DNA from: Asterionella formosa
Taxonomy: Eukaryota
DNA: 64,000 bases
Assembly: GCA_002256025.1 (NCBI GenBank)
Contig: NKIB01012926.1
Coordinates: forward strand, 1 to 64,000
Reading direction: 5' to 3'
A program made the translations under genes and the position numbers. Shown one piece after another: positions 35,041 through 48,433 of this stretch. The stretch's first letter is position 1. The number at the start of each line of letters is the position of its first letter. The notes below the pieces were generated by a model that searched no databases, was not told the origin of the DNA, and saw nothing but the letters and a program-made list of their open reading frames with translations.

Positions 35041-37593
35041 AAATTATAATCTGTTTAATAGCCCAGCATGATTCATACTCCCCTTTCTCAAGGCAAGTAT
35101 TCTTTGTGCCTACTGCTGACTAGACATGCATGTGTTTTCCCTAGTTTTGTTAGCATAGGTGAGTCCCCAACCACCTTTCGTGAAAGGTGATAATCTTAGA
35201 CGCAGTGTTGGGGGAAACTCCGACCGCATAGGAAGGTGGCACAAGCTGCTTGAAGGGGAGGCGGGGGCAAAGAAGAACTCACTATTTCTTGCACACCAGC
35301 CAGGTAAGACCATGTGGGATGGTAAGGAGTGTTGGAGTCGAAACCAACAATTGCTTCTCAAAAAAATTGCTGGAATCGAACCACACAACTTCACATCAAA
35401 GGCAATGTACTCAAGCGACTAAGCCATTCCCTAAGTTTTCTAGAAATAGTCGAACTTGACTTCGGTTTTTTGTGCATTTTTCATAGAGTCATGCCATGGC
35501 TGATAGGAAGATTGCACCGGATCCCCCTTTTTACCCTTTTCTAACCAACAGACACAAGAATAAAGATTTGAAATGCATGGGAAGAGCTTTAATTCATTGC
35601 TGATTGTTCACTTCACAACCTCAAAAGGGACAATGATGGCAATGATGAAACTTATGGCCGGATCATAGTAAATCCAGGTGTTCACCTTATTTGACTAAAA
35701 AATTCAATTTCAGTAGAATTAAAAAAATTCGAATCTGGAAGTGCGCGCTCAAATCGTTCACAAATAGGGATAGTGAATCCTACCAGTCACTCTCCCAGAT
35801 TTAGTGAGGTGTTTATCTAAGCTTGTTTCTTGCATTTTTAGTCAGCCAGCTGATCTTGAATATCGCATACCAGTCCAGAATAAGGAAACTGCCATAAAAC
35901 ATTACGCTGGCTATAGAAATTGAAGTAGCATTAATAGCTCTAAACGAGCTACGTGTATCACGATTTAGCGTTACACTGACTTAACTATAGTAATGTAACT
36001 GGCTGATGCAGCCGTCCCAGCATTGTCTGACGTAGAAAATGCGTATTGCTTCTATACCGTCGGGTTCTTGCTTTGTTAAAGGACATGGAATTAGCCACTA
36101 GGTTGCTGAACGTGTTGCAACTGTAGATGAACAGAGGGTGTTGTGCATCACAACTTTATTGGTGATTTGATATATGTAATATTGTCATTTTTCCATGATA
36201 CACTAACTATTTTAGATCACTTAGTAGTATCTATTATTTGCAAAATATAAAATCGACTTTCAACGACAGTTGAAATTTTTATAGCAATGAAGACTGACAG
36301 ACACCAATCCTGCTATCAAACTTGTTTATCTCATTGTTGTGAAGTAGACTAAGTAAATTATAAAAGCGACTTTACCTTTGCAGCATCCAATTATTCTAAG
36401 AGCATGGATATACAGACGGTATTTCAAATCTTTTGATCCATGACAACTTTGGTACTACCAATGGTAATGGTTATCGTGCCCGGAAGTTTGGACTCCGAAA
36501 TTTCATAGAAGTAATGCCTGGCTTTTCATGAATGAGTAATTCAACAGATCCCAATCTAACCATCATCTACGCCGCGAAATACGCCACTTTTCGAAATTTT
36601 ATCAATGTAGGAGTGTTAATTCTGTGGTACTTCAAATTAGTTAACTCTACTCTTCACGTAAATAAGAAAAGTTACTTTTAAGGGTTTCATGTGAAGTTTT
36701 CACAATGAATTTTGAACACAAGACTGAATTTTGTCATGTTTCAAAATATTTCATTTCAAAGTTCAACTTTGATCCTGTTTTCATGTATAATTCATTTACT
36801 ACAAAACACCTTCATGAATTCCCTTGATTGAAAGTTTTTGCCTTTTCGGACACATCTATGCAAAAATTGTATTCTTTCAGATATGAAACGACCTGGGGAA
36901 GTCAAAAACTCTAAGTACCCATAGCGTCCTTCCCTTCTGGTACTTCATCCGCACAGCAACTTCAAGAAGCACCGTCCCCTCAAGAAATCAAATTCCTTGT
37001 GATGTTTGTCAGGAAAAAATGAATTGAAATTCAGGCAGTTCTATGAAAAGCATATCGAATCATTCACAAAGTTCGGCTAAAACACCCGCTACTTTGAACT
37101 AGTTGCAATTTAATTGAAAATTAACAATGGACAAGGATTTCATGTATTTTCAGCGCCAAGGAATGCCTATTCTGGTTATGGAAGCCATGACAAAATGACT
37201 GGAACATCATTACCTGAATGTTCCCAAATAGCATCAAGAAATATTAAAGGCGAACAAGGACTTTAAAGCATTCTACTTGATGACTCTAAATGTTCTCAAA
37301 AATGGTGATATTCCCAAATATAAGCAAATTGATTAAATTAAATTCAAGAAATATTTCATTGAGTATTATGCTGAGACATCGGGCAATTTTTCTGCTTTCA
37401 ACATAATGGAAAGAGCATGCAGCACCAATATGCTGCTGCATTTAAAGAAAACGGTCATTTCCCTCATGAACTCTAGTGTTCAGAGAAAAAATTTTTAGCA
37501 AAGTATCAAGGCAAGAAGAAAAAAGACTACACTAGTACTAAATCAGAGCAGCAAAGAATCTCCAGGTTCCTTTTTGGGAATTGAGAACATAGA

Positions 37594-40500
37594 TGTTAGA
37601 AAATGTGGAAAAGGACTCATCAGACTATAGTGAAGGTACTGAATGGATTCATGTGACTAAAAAGAAACATAACAAAGCCACGTCGTCGGCCAAGAAAGCG
37701 TCACCAACAAGGGTACCAAAATAGGTACCAGGTGCACTACCGGTATATAATATATGGGCTATGCTCTTTTTTATAGCTATCTGGTTTACATCGATAAAGC
37801 CTTCACTGTATGCTTGTATTCTGGACGTTGTTGTCTTTTCGACACAACTGAGCTCAAGTCACACTTGTGGATTCAACATAACTATAAAAGAAACCGCAAA
37901 AGAATGGGGTCCGGTGACACAGCTGCCGATGATGGCGGCGGGAACGGAACTCCAACTCAAAAGGAAAAGAAGGAAACACAAGGCAGCGGGAAAAAGTTAC
38001 CCTTCCGGTCTGCAAATCCAAACCACAAAACACTGTGCCAAGACACACGAAGTTCGAAGGGAAATGTGATGACATAAAGGGCCACATTTACGACTGCTCA
38101 GACTTCCTGACAGTCAGATCTGTTTGTGAAGACCACAAAGGAAGTTGCTGAATATGTTGGAAGGACATACAAATATGGTGGAGACATCTGGCTTGCTGTG
38201 GAGAATCTCGAGCTATCCATTATCAACAAACCATCAGACCCTCCAGCCGGAGCAACCAGAACCCAGGAACGTATCTGGGGGAAGCAAGTAGATGCATATG
38301 TCAAGCGGAGCAATTATCTTAATGAAAACATCAAGACCCTCTATTCATTGGTATGGGCGCAGTGTACTGATGTCATGCGGCAAAAAGTTGAGGCATTACC
38401 TGACTTTTATAGCTTAACTACCGGGCGAGTCCTCAACTGACATCACTGGACAGCGCTATCAATGCCTGCAGAGGTTATTGACCGGGTTCATGTACTTGCC
38501 CGTCGCACCGTTGGAGCGTGAGCTGCTGGACTAGCATTTACAGATCGAATTGGAAGCCCTTTCCTCAACCCAGACAATGACGACAGCTCGACTGATGAAA
38601 CATATACCCCTAACACCTCTGACATAGATGACGATGACACTGATAGTGAACAAGCTGACAACAATGATGACCATCCTACAGACATCTCCATTGCAGCAGG
38701 AGTGTATGACCATTCTACAGACAACCCCATTGCACGAATCTACAATGCAGATGAAAACAATAACCAACACGAAAATTTGTAAAATGCTGAAATGGCTAAT
38801 GAACATCCAGACAACAATGAAATTGAAAATGAACATAACAATCAGGAAATGGATAACATCATACTAGAGCATGAAAATTCGAAAGAATTACCTATGACAG
38901 CAGAGGAAGAGGAAATGGATGCAAAATATGGAAGTCGTACAAATGCAAACCAGCTCAGGCCCAGAAAGCCTTGGGACTATGGCCACCTCCATGCGACTCT
39001 TGAACATACTGAAATGACGCAATATAACATTAAAAAAGGCATAAAGATGTTTGGTGATGCAGGCATCAAGGCTGTACTAACAGAATTGCAGCAATTACAC
39101 AACAGGAAAGTCCTGGAACCAAAAAGCCCAAGTGAAATGTCAAGTGGAGATAAACATGCAGCATTACAATATCTCATGTTCTTAAAACAAAAGCGAAATG
39201 GTACAATCAAGGGCTGTGGATGTGCTTACAGTCGCAAACAAAGGACATACATGAGCAAAGAAGATGCAAGCTCACCAACTGTTGCCATAGAGTCTGTACT
39301 ACTGTCATGTGCTATTGATGAAATGGAAAATCGCAATGTGGCAACCATTGACATCGCAGGAGCATTTATGCCAGCAGACATGGATGATATACTAGTGCAC
39401 ATGAAATTAGAGGGCACCATGGCGGAGCTACTGGTTTGTATCAACCCAAAAATGTATTGTACTAAACATGTAGCTACAAGTCGAACAAGGAGGGAAACCA
39501 ATCCTGTATGTTGAACTGAAGAAGGCCCTATACAGAACATTTCAGGCTGCCCTGCTATTCTGGAAGAAACTATCATCTCAATTAGAAACATGGCTTCATC
39601 ATGAACCCATATGAATCATGTGTCATGAATAAGATGATCAATGGCAATCAGTACACCATACTCTGGCACGTAGATGATTTAAAGATATCTCATGTAGAAC
39701 ATGAGATTGTATCTGCAATTATCAAGCAACTGGAGGCAACATTTGGGCTAGAAGCCCCTCAAACAAAAACACGAGGAAAAGTACATGATTACTTGGGCAT
39801 GATAATCGACTTTAGCAAAAAAGGAAAAGTCAAAATATCTGTGAAGGATTACATGGTCAGGAGGTTGGTGAGTCTACCACCAGAAATGAATGGGGAAGCT
39901 GCTATACCAGCATCAAATCATTTGTTTGAAAGCAAGCTTGGCTCTATTAAGCTAAAGGCGGAAGAGGCAGTACTGTTCCATCATAATGTGGCCAAACTAC
40001 TATTTTTGTGCAAACAGGCTTGGCCTGACATTCAAACTGCCATTGCATTCCTATGCATGAGAGTGAAATGCCCAGATGAGGATGACTACAAAAAAACTGT
40101 GCTGTGTTATGAAATACTGATGAGGAACAATCAATATGCAGCTGACATTAGAAACAGACAACGTCAATATTGTAATATGGTGGGCTGATGCCTCATTTGC
40201 AGTGCACCCTGACATGATGAGTCACACTGGAGGAGCAATGACCCTAGGCAAGGGCATCATGTATGGCACATCAACCTGACAGAAAATGAATACAAAAAGC
40301 AAGTTCAACTGAGAGCAAGCTTGTAGGGGTGAATGATGTAATGCCTCAAGTTCTCTGGACTAGTAGGTACTTTTTGGAAGTTCAGGGATATCTGATCTCT
40401 GACTCAGTGATAAACCAGGATAATCAGAGTGCAATCCTATTGGAGAAGAATGGAAAAGCATCCAGCAGCAAGCGTACTCAACACATCAACAATCGATTTT

Positions 40501-40959
40501 TTTGTGAAGGATAGGATTGCCTCTCAAGAGGTCTCTGTCCAGTGCTGCCCTACTGAAAACATGATTGCAGTTTCTTTAAACAAGCCCCTTCAGGGTGCAG
40601 TTTTCAAGAAATTTAGGGACCAGGTTATGAACGTTGATCCTACAACCTCAAGCTTGCAGGATCACAGGAGTGTGTTAGAAAATGTGGAAAAGGAATCACC
40701 AGACTATAGTGAAGGTACTGAATGGATTCATATGACTAAAAAGAAACATAACAAGGCCACGCCGTTGGCCAAGAAAGAGTCACCAACAAGGGTACCAAAA
40801 TAGGTAATAGGTGCACTACCGGTATATAATATATGGGCTATTCTCATTCTTTTATAGCTATCTGGTTTACATCGATAAAACCTCCCCTGTATACTTGTAT
40901 TCTGGACTTTGTTGTCTTATTGACACAACTGAACTCAAGTCACACTTGTGGAATCAACA
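37594..40959 (+). mobile_element. Ty1/Copia LTR retrotransposon (diatom CoDi-like), internally deleted and degenerate (element A)
   Basis: LTRs at 37594-37878 and 40673-40959 (TGTTAG...TCAACA, roughly 92-93% identical by eye); TSD ataga/ataaa. Coding remnants: gag FVKTTKEVAEYVGRTY, RT motifs SSPTVAIES, DIAGAF and LWHVDDLKISH, RNase H motifs DASFAVH, QDNQSAILLE and DHRSVL running into the 3' LTR. Confidence 0.92.
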
Positions 40960-43299
40960 ATAAAGTTGTCATTACCTGGTACCATGGCAACAGAGCAAAC
41001 TCTAATATAGGGTTTTAAAAATACCACCAAGCAACAAACATCATCTGTGCAACAACACACCAATGCAAAGTTGGGGAATGGAAGTGAAGTTTTTCCAGCG
41101 AAACCAAGAAAGATACATGCAATTAATGCAAACACCTACAAGCGAGATGAAGCGAAAATCATTCTTGTGACAAGAATGGCATTGCTTGATGCGAAGCTTG
41201 CAAGATCCAAGGAAATCTCAATCAGCTATAAGAATCTTAAGGAAAAACAACAGATTTCAAAGAAAAAACTGAATTTGGATCAAATCTAACAAACAACGAC
41301 AACAAAAATGGTAATAAAATGGAATATTCAATAATGAATGCAAAAACTACAATGGCAACATGCAGTACTAAAGCAGACAACAAGGCTGGAAGCAACATAA
41401 CCGCCATGAGTTTAATGACATTCAATACCAGCACTAGCTATGTCACTCAAAGGAAGCAGGGCAATCGCTGGCAAGACTAGGAAAAATCCGCAAATCAAGA
41501 AACGCAACTATGATTGCAACGACATCAAGATGGCGCTGTATTCAAAACAGGGGATATATACAGCCAAACTGGATCAAGCAAAAGCTACACATGACACAAC
41601 AATATCAATAAAGCGACACCAAAGGAACAACCAATGACCGATCCAGCGTTTGACTCTTTGATTAAACCTTGAAATACGAAAAAATCAGCACTCCATAACT
41701 AAAATTACCGACGACAAAAATCGATGGCGGATTCTGGCTCCACCCCAGGTCTTGTGCCAAACTCAGGTTCATCCACTGCACAAATTCAGGATGACAAAGC
41801 GTTCGATTCTCAGCTAAAGCTCAATCACTACAACTAGTGGCAACAACATCGACAGCGGAATTTCTCTCCACTAGTATTGCGCCAAATTCAGGCCTTCCAT
41901 TCTCTCTCAGTCCAAATGGACTCAAGATTGCCTCTCAGCAAAGGAAGGTGAAGCAGACTAGCATCAAGAAATCATTCCCTGTGGAAGCACTACAAGAAAG
42001 AGCAGAATCAGGTCCTTCTAATGGTAATGTGGCCAAATTGGTTCAGCCAAAAATCTCTGTCAAAGACCTGCTTATAAGGTACCAACAATGCCGCCTCGGC
42101 ATCACATAGGCAGCCAAGCCACTGCAGTCTCCGGAGAAATTCAGCAATCAAGCAAGTAATAATATTCCAACAGCTATGAAATTTTTAGGACATAATATGG
42201 TACAATGGAAATTAAAATCAGGACCACAGTCAAGACAAGCAAAACCGTGGAGACTAGTAATGAGAAGGATTTCTACAGCAATGTAAAGGAAATTCTCAAC
42301 AAGATGCTGGGTTGCAATCCTGAGAAAAGACTATTTCCATTGGAGGAAGCAACAAATGATATCTCCATTCATTTGCTGGATAGCCTTTCTCACCATGAAA
42401 AATCAATAAAATGCATCCTTTAACGCTTTGCTCCAATGTTTCTGATCACATAATCCTCAGAGTTGGCCTAAACAATCCAGCAATCTATTCACAATTTTTA
42501 CATACTTCCCTCCACCACTGGGATTGACGAGAGAGTCTGTAGGAGCACCGGGCCCTGCTTGGACTCTGACAAATCAAACCAAGTTATCCACTTTCTTTTC
42601 TGGTCTGTAGACAAGAGAAAGACTGATAAATATTCAGCAACACCAGCACTTAATTTGACTCTCATTCGAGGGAGAGTATCCACCTTTTCCGCATTCTAGA
42701 GCCCTTAGTCACCATGTCTGTTGGGCTGATCATGGGTTGATTCTCACTTTGGAATCTAGGCTGGTGATGCCGGGAAGCGCCATGCAAGCTGCCCTATTCA
42801 TAGTTAGTTGTGTGAAGGAGAAATGGAAGAGATCTAACTGTAACAAATTTATCGTCTTTCATCTTCACACTATCAACTTAATACCTCAATTGTATTGCTG
42901 GGCATTGAGTACAACATATGCAGGAATGTACTATGGAGTTATGGGAACTTGATCAAGAAAGGAACACTTCCAACAAGTCACAGTGCACTTGCAGCATCAG
43001 CGTTAGGACCAGACAAAACATTTAGCAGGACCACGTCAGGGTTTTTAGGGTAGATTGTATGTTGTTGTGGTATAAAGAGATAATTAATTCCAAACCAGGA
43101 TTTTTCACATGTGCATCCATGGTCCATATTTCAGCAGACCCTTTGAGTGCAGGAGCATTCTGATGAAATTAGGAGTAAGTTTTATTGCTGCCTAATGCTG
43201 TGTTACTGTGTTCATACAACAGGTTGACCCAAATCATGAATAGAAAATGTGCATTGGCTTGTCATGCTGGCTGATCTTGTATTTCTACTGAACCAATCA

Positions 43300-43995
43300 A
43301 TGTAGAAAGTTTTGTTTTCATTAACAGTATTAAACAATTGAGCATTTTCAGCCACCATAGATTTAGGAGGCTTGAATGCATGTAGATTCATTCCGACTCT
43401 TTTGAATCGAACAGGTTTGTCAGGCATATGAACAATATATGCATCTTCCTTTTCTGAGTTAAAAGTGATCCTATACCTGTTTGCCCTTTTGGCATAACTA
43501 AAGATGTTAGTAATCACCTTGCCGTTAAACCAAACTTCGCCCCATTGTGGAAGATCAGCCTTCATATAGATGACCATGGATTCACCATCAGTGACAATGT
43601 GCATGCTTCCATTGGTAGAGACTCAAATATTCTTGACCATTTTTGGATGGCAAAAGACTGTGACACTTGATTGATTGTCTAAGAGTATCAAGTCACACAT
43701 CTCAGATGCTTGATATTGTTATTCGATATGAGCTCCCACCCACCCAACTTGATTGACATTTGTTTGTTGTGAAGCTTGTTATGGTATGGGGTTGGAAGTT
43801 ACAGAGGTTACCCTAATTGTATCTGATGTTGAATCCTGTGCTGGTGCATGGCTTTGTTGAGCTTTGTTGATTGCCCATTCCACTTTGGGTTAATACTTTT
43901 CACAACACAACGGTGATTTGCGTCCTGCTTTTCCACAGCAGTAACATTTTCCTTCTAGTTGTGCAAACAACAAGTTCATGTCTTCTTCCTTCCTT
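43300..43995 (-). mobile_element. Copia element C, gag C-terminus to protease fragment (continuation of 49134-50377)
   Basis: KEEDMNLLFAQLEGKCYCCGK zinc knuckle, PKVEWAINK, protease ILLDNQS, GEVWFN..ITNIFS, TVNENKTFY; truncated after that. Confidence 0.8.
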
Positions 43996-46900
43996 GAGAT
44001 GCTTGCGTAGCTGGCCAAGCTCTTTAACGTTGAAGTATTGTTTCAGTGCCAACTTGAACTTGTTGACGTCGGCTTGGGTGCCGGTTACTGCGAGGTCATC
44101 GACGTAGGTGCATAGCAGTAGTAGGGTAAGGATGCCTTCTCGTTTTTCGTAGAACATGCAGGGGTCGACACGGCTTTTCTTGAGTCCCATATCAAGTAGG
44201 CAGTCTCGGAGTTTCTTGAACCATTGCCGTGCAGCTTGTAACATGCCGTACATTGCCTTATCCAGTCGGATACAGTTGTCAGTCATAGTCGTTTCATTTT
44301 CGTAGTGGAAGTCAGCGATTCCATCTGGCCATTCTATGTAGATTTCTTCGTCGAGGTCGGCTTCGAGGAATGCCGCTTCGATGTCCACAATTTCACATAC
44401 AAAATCTTTCCTGTGTAGGGTAATTGTAAACACAATATGTAGGCCAGTATCCGTAACAACAGGTGCGAATGAATCTGTGAAGTCAACACCTGGTATCTGC
44501 ACGTAGCCTTTTACCACAAGACGGCCCTTGTAGCGCGTAGTGTTGTCATGCTCGTTCTTTTTTTTAAATACCCATTTTGCTCCAAGTAGCTTTCGTCCGT
44601 TTAGATTCTTACAAGGATGTAGTTTCCACACTTTGCGGGAGTAGAAGTTTTCAATCTCTGCTTTGATGGCCTTGGTCCATTCGTCTTTTTCGACCCTTAA
44701 TAGTGCCTGCTTGTAGCTCTTGGGTTCCAGTGGGTCAGAAGCTAGGCTCGTCGTTGAGTGTGCTTCCTCACTAGGTTGGTGCTCTTCGTTGGTATCTTTG
44801 ATGGTGTCATCATCCAATATTAGCGTGCGTGCTGCGGATGATTGCTGACGTGTGCCTGCACGAGTAGGAGTAGGTGAGGTCACAAAGCCTGTAGATAGCC
44901 TATTCATTTCTCGATCGAGCTTTGTAGATTTCGTAGCATTATTCGTACGAGGCTCGTTCGTATTCATACCACCTGCGACGGAATCTGCAAAGCTCACTCC
45001 CTTGGGAGTACTGGGATCGTCTTGTTTCGTTGGTAGTAGTGTAGTAGCACATTGCTCGTCAGGAGGCATTGCGTTGGTAGGTTTAGTAGGAATGTCGAAT
45101 TCCTCATCTATACCGGATCCGTCTGTGGTGAATTTGTCGATGTCCACTGTGGGTTTGGCATTTCCATGCCAGTCGGCCTATTTCAGGTCTCTTGTGTCTA
45201 AGACCTTTTTCGTTGTAACGTTGTACATGCGGTAGGTATCACCGGCATGGTCATGGCTGTATCTAAGCATGACACATTTGACACTTTTTGGGGTTAGTTT
45301 CTGCCTTGGCGTCCGAATCGTGGCCCACCCCACCCTGCCAAACTGAATCAGGTTAGGATAAATCTTAGGCTGAAAGCCGTAGAAAAGCCAATCGGGGCAT
45401 TTTCCCGTATTCGAGTTAGCGACAGAGTTCGTTAACTGCGTGTGCATGTGGACACTCTCGGCCCACAGTAGCCCCTGGTATTCGTCTGACAGTTTTGCAC
45501 TGAACATGGAGGCACATGCTCGGTCTCGTATCGTCACAAATTTTCGTTCCACGACTCCGTTCTGTTGAGGAGTATGGGGGGCAGTATACTCAATCTGAAT
45601 ACCCTGCGTGTTGCAGACGATACTTAGACTGGTCAGGTTTTCACTGGCGTTGTCGCAGCGTAGGAAGCGTATGACATAGCCCGCTGACTTGAGTGTAGTC
45701 AATAGGGCATCCGCGATGCTCGCCAAAAGACTTTTCTTGTTAACAAAATAACTCCATGCCTTGCCTGTGTACTGATCCACAAATAGAATCCAGTAGTTGC
45801 TTCCAATTAGAGATTTTTTGTAGGGACCTGAAATGTCCATGTATAATCGTTCAGCAGGAGTAGATGCCTTGAGGGTCGTGACTTTAGGTACCGCTTTGGC
45901 CTTTGCCTTAGCTAGTGCGTAGCCTTCACACGACTGAATCTTGCCCGTAGGTTCAATACAGAGGGACTTTAGCGTTGCGCGAAGGGATGCCTCGCTGATG
46001 TGGCCGTATTTGTCGTGGGCCTCGTTGATGTCAATTTGCGTTGGTTTCTTGGTAGTTTTTGCCGTAGGAAGTTGCGTCACTGTCTTGGTATTCGTTGGAG
46101 TAGGATCAGAGTCTCGGTATTATTCTGCGTCACGTCCATGGTACCGGGGATATCGTCCGTCGCCTCCATACCAGTAATCTCCTCGCACATTCCGACGTAC
46201 ATGCCGGTTTCTTTTTTCTTCTCGCCGCGTGGTGCGCGTTTTGGTTCTGGGCAGTCTCTTGCAATATGCCCGACATATTTATTGCAATTATAGCACTTTA
46301 TCTCATTTTTTTCGTTCGTACCGTTTGCATTCGTTCCGCTTGTGTTCGTTTTCGATAGGCACACGTCGCCCTTGTGCCCTTGTTTGCCGCAATTCTTGCA
46401 GATACCTCTGTATTTCTGCGTGAATAGGGCAATCTCCTTTGTGCTCTTCGTGCCCTTTAGCTTTCGTTTGTAGAATGCTCGGATCTTTCCTTTCAATTCG
46501 TTGAGGCTGATTGTTGTCATGCCCTCGACTACTGCAACAACCTCGCTGTACTCCACTGGAAGCTTGTCGATTACGTTCGCAATCACTTCCATTTCTTTCT
46601 TCTCAAATGACGGGTCGATCGCCATCATCTTGCTTTGTATTAGATCGAGCTCAATGAACCATTTGTCTGGATCAGAGGAGCTATCGTTCAGCTTGCATTT
46701 GTTGAAATCGCTTGCCAGCTGGATCAGGTCCGACACAGAATGGGGGGCATACCTCGCTTCGAGGTTCTTCCACGCCATATATGCATCGCCATCGATCAAC
46801 GTTTTCGTTTTGGCTTGGTTTACAAGTCCGAAGGAGATTCCGTTGCAGCTCATGATGAGCAACTGGTACGCCTTGTCGTTGGCCTCGTAGATTGCCCTGA

Positions 46901-47543
46901 CTCCTTTGTCTGTCTCGACTTCGTACTCTTCGTCAGAACACGGGTTATGGTTCTTGGAGTACATCGTTCGGAATCCTCTTGCCTTCGCCAGAGCAAGCGT
47001 TTTAACGCTCCACTGGTACCAGTTCGTTTCGTTGCCATCAAACTTGATGAGCCTCATGCTCTCTTCAGACATTTCTGTAGACATGTTAAACGCTTAAGTC
47101 TGTTTATAAACGTGTTAAAGTATTACCTTTTTGATAGATCTATATTGTTAGACAAAGAAGACTATAGATAGAGACGTTCGTTTCTCTTTCCGTTTCTATA
47201 TTCTTATTGTGAGTTTACTAATCTAGTTTAGGTTGTTCTGTTTGCTTGAACAAAACAAACGAACTATTCTCCAAATGCTGTTTGCATTTCTAGAAACATA
47301 CAATCATAGATAGACACATGTCTATCTCACACTTACTGATCATAGGTTTTTAAAAATGATCATTCATTTCAAACTATCGGTCTTCCGAAATAGCTTATAT
47401 TGTCCGGCTCATTATAGTCGGAGTAACAAGTTATAATGTGTGGTTGATGAGAGCTTGGTACATCAAAGTGGACTCATTCAAATCGTTTGACTCGTTTGAC
47501 TCCGAGTCCTAACTACGTACCGGTAGATGAGCTCACTTTGACA
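43996..47543 (-). mobile_element. Copia element B, 5' half: 5' LTR (47113-47543), gag (46077-47084), integrase (45178-46080), RT to 43996
   Basis: gag KFDGNETNWYQWS with two CCHC knuckles. Integrase YMDISGPY, LRCDNASEN, PQQNGVVERK. RT EPKSYKQAL, DIEAAFLE, YVDDL, ending abruptly at ELGQLRKHL. Confidence 0.92.
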
Positions 47544-47683
47544 TCGCTATACATGTGAATAACGCATCATGTACTTGAGTTTATGTCAAATATGTATCAT
47601 CTCTTCGCCCGAATTTCATACCGGTAATACGGAGTTCATTTCAGCGACGGGAGTATACTAGGGTACCTGCATTTATTAGCTCT

Positions 47684-48433
47684 ATGATTGCCGCGACAGT
47701 TGCGACGAGAAGAACGCTAGGATTCTCGTTTCTCATCTTGCTGATCCTCACAAGAGCAGCATTGGCGCTCGTCTCCTCTTTCCAAGACTTTCAATTCGCT
47801 CCCAATGGAGTGTGTCTGCAACCAAGCTTGTTCTTCGATGGCTCTCGTACATTTGCTATGCGCGATGTCCCTGGATCCGGCGATTGCATGTTTCTTGCCG
47901 TGGCCTTGGCTACTTCGGCATCGATGGGTCTTGGAGGTAATACTGCTTTCCTGCGAGCCATTAGCAAGGAAAGCCGTCAGGTCGTAGCACAAATACTTTC
48001 GTCACCAGTTGGAAATTTATACATTGAAGGCAATCGACTGGTGAAAACTAGAGATTTGCTTCTCTTGAGTAGTCGCCAAGAGGGACTAACCCCAGAGGAG
48101 TACTTGCAACAGCTTCGGTTGGAGGGAGTGGATGGTGGACTCCACGGTGGAGGGCCTGAATTGACGGTCTTATCGAATGTTTTGCGACGTCCTATTTCTA
48201 TTTATGAACTGGACGATGGTGATTCGAACAGAAAACAAGCGCAAAGGCAAGGGATCCATTGCTGTGGCGTTTTTGGTGCAGGAGTCTTTGATGATCCATG
48301 CAAAACTGTTCCCAACTCTTCGGTATTGTTGGTCCAACAGCCTGGAGCATTTTCGTGGCATCTTCATATTCTTGTAGTGGATGACGGACTTGAGAAACAT
48401 GCATGTGTTTTGCTCCCCCAAGAGGTATGGTAA
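47684..48433 (+). CDS. OTU-family cysteine protease (deubiquitinase-like) with an N-terminal signal peptide
   Basis: DVPGSGDCMFLAV (catalytic D..C), GGGPELTVLSNVLRRPISIYE, C-terminal His in KHACVL. Hydrophobic leader TLGFSFLILLILTRAALA. Confidence 0.8.
   Translation: MIAATVATRRTLGFSFLILLILTRAALALVSSFQDFQFAPNGVCLQPSLFFDGSRTFAMRDVPGSGDCMFLAVALATSASMGLGGNTAFLRAISKESRQVVAQILSSPVGNLYIEGNRLVKTRDLLLLSSRQEGLTPEEYLQQLRLEGVDGGLHGGGPELTVLSNVLRRPISIYELDDGDSNRKQAQRQGIHCCGVFGAGVFDDPCKTVPNSSVLLVQQPGAFSWHLHILVVDDGLEKHACVLLPQEVW

Noticed and set aside
35100..37590. Fragmentary coding-like sequence
   Set aside because: Many stops and no recognisable domain.
41000..43200. Short ORFs that might be a non-LTR retrotransposon ORF1 or another element
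   Set aside because: Heavily interrupted, with no motif I can name with confidence; left unannotated.
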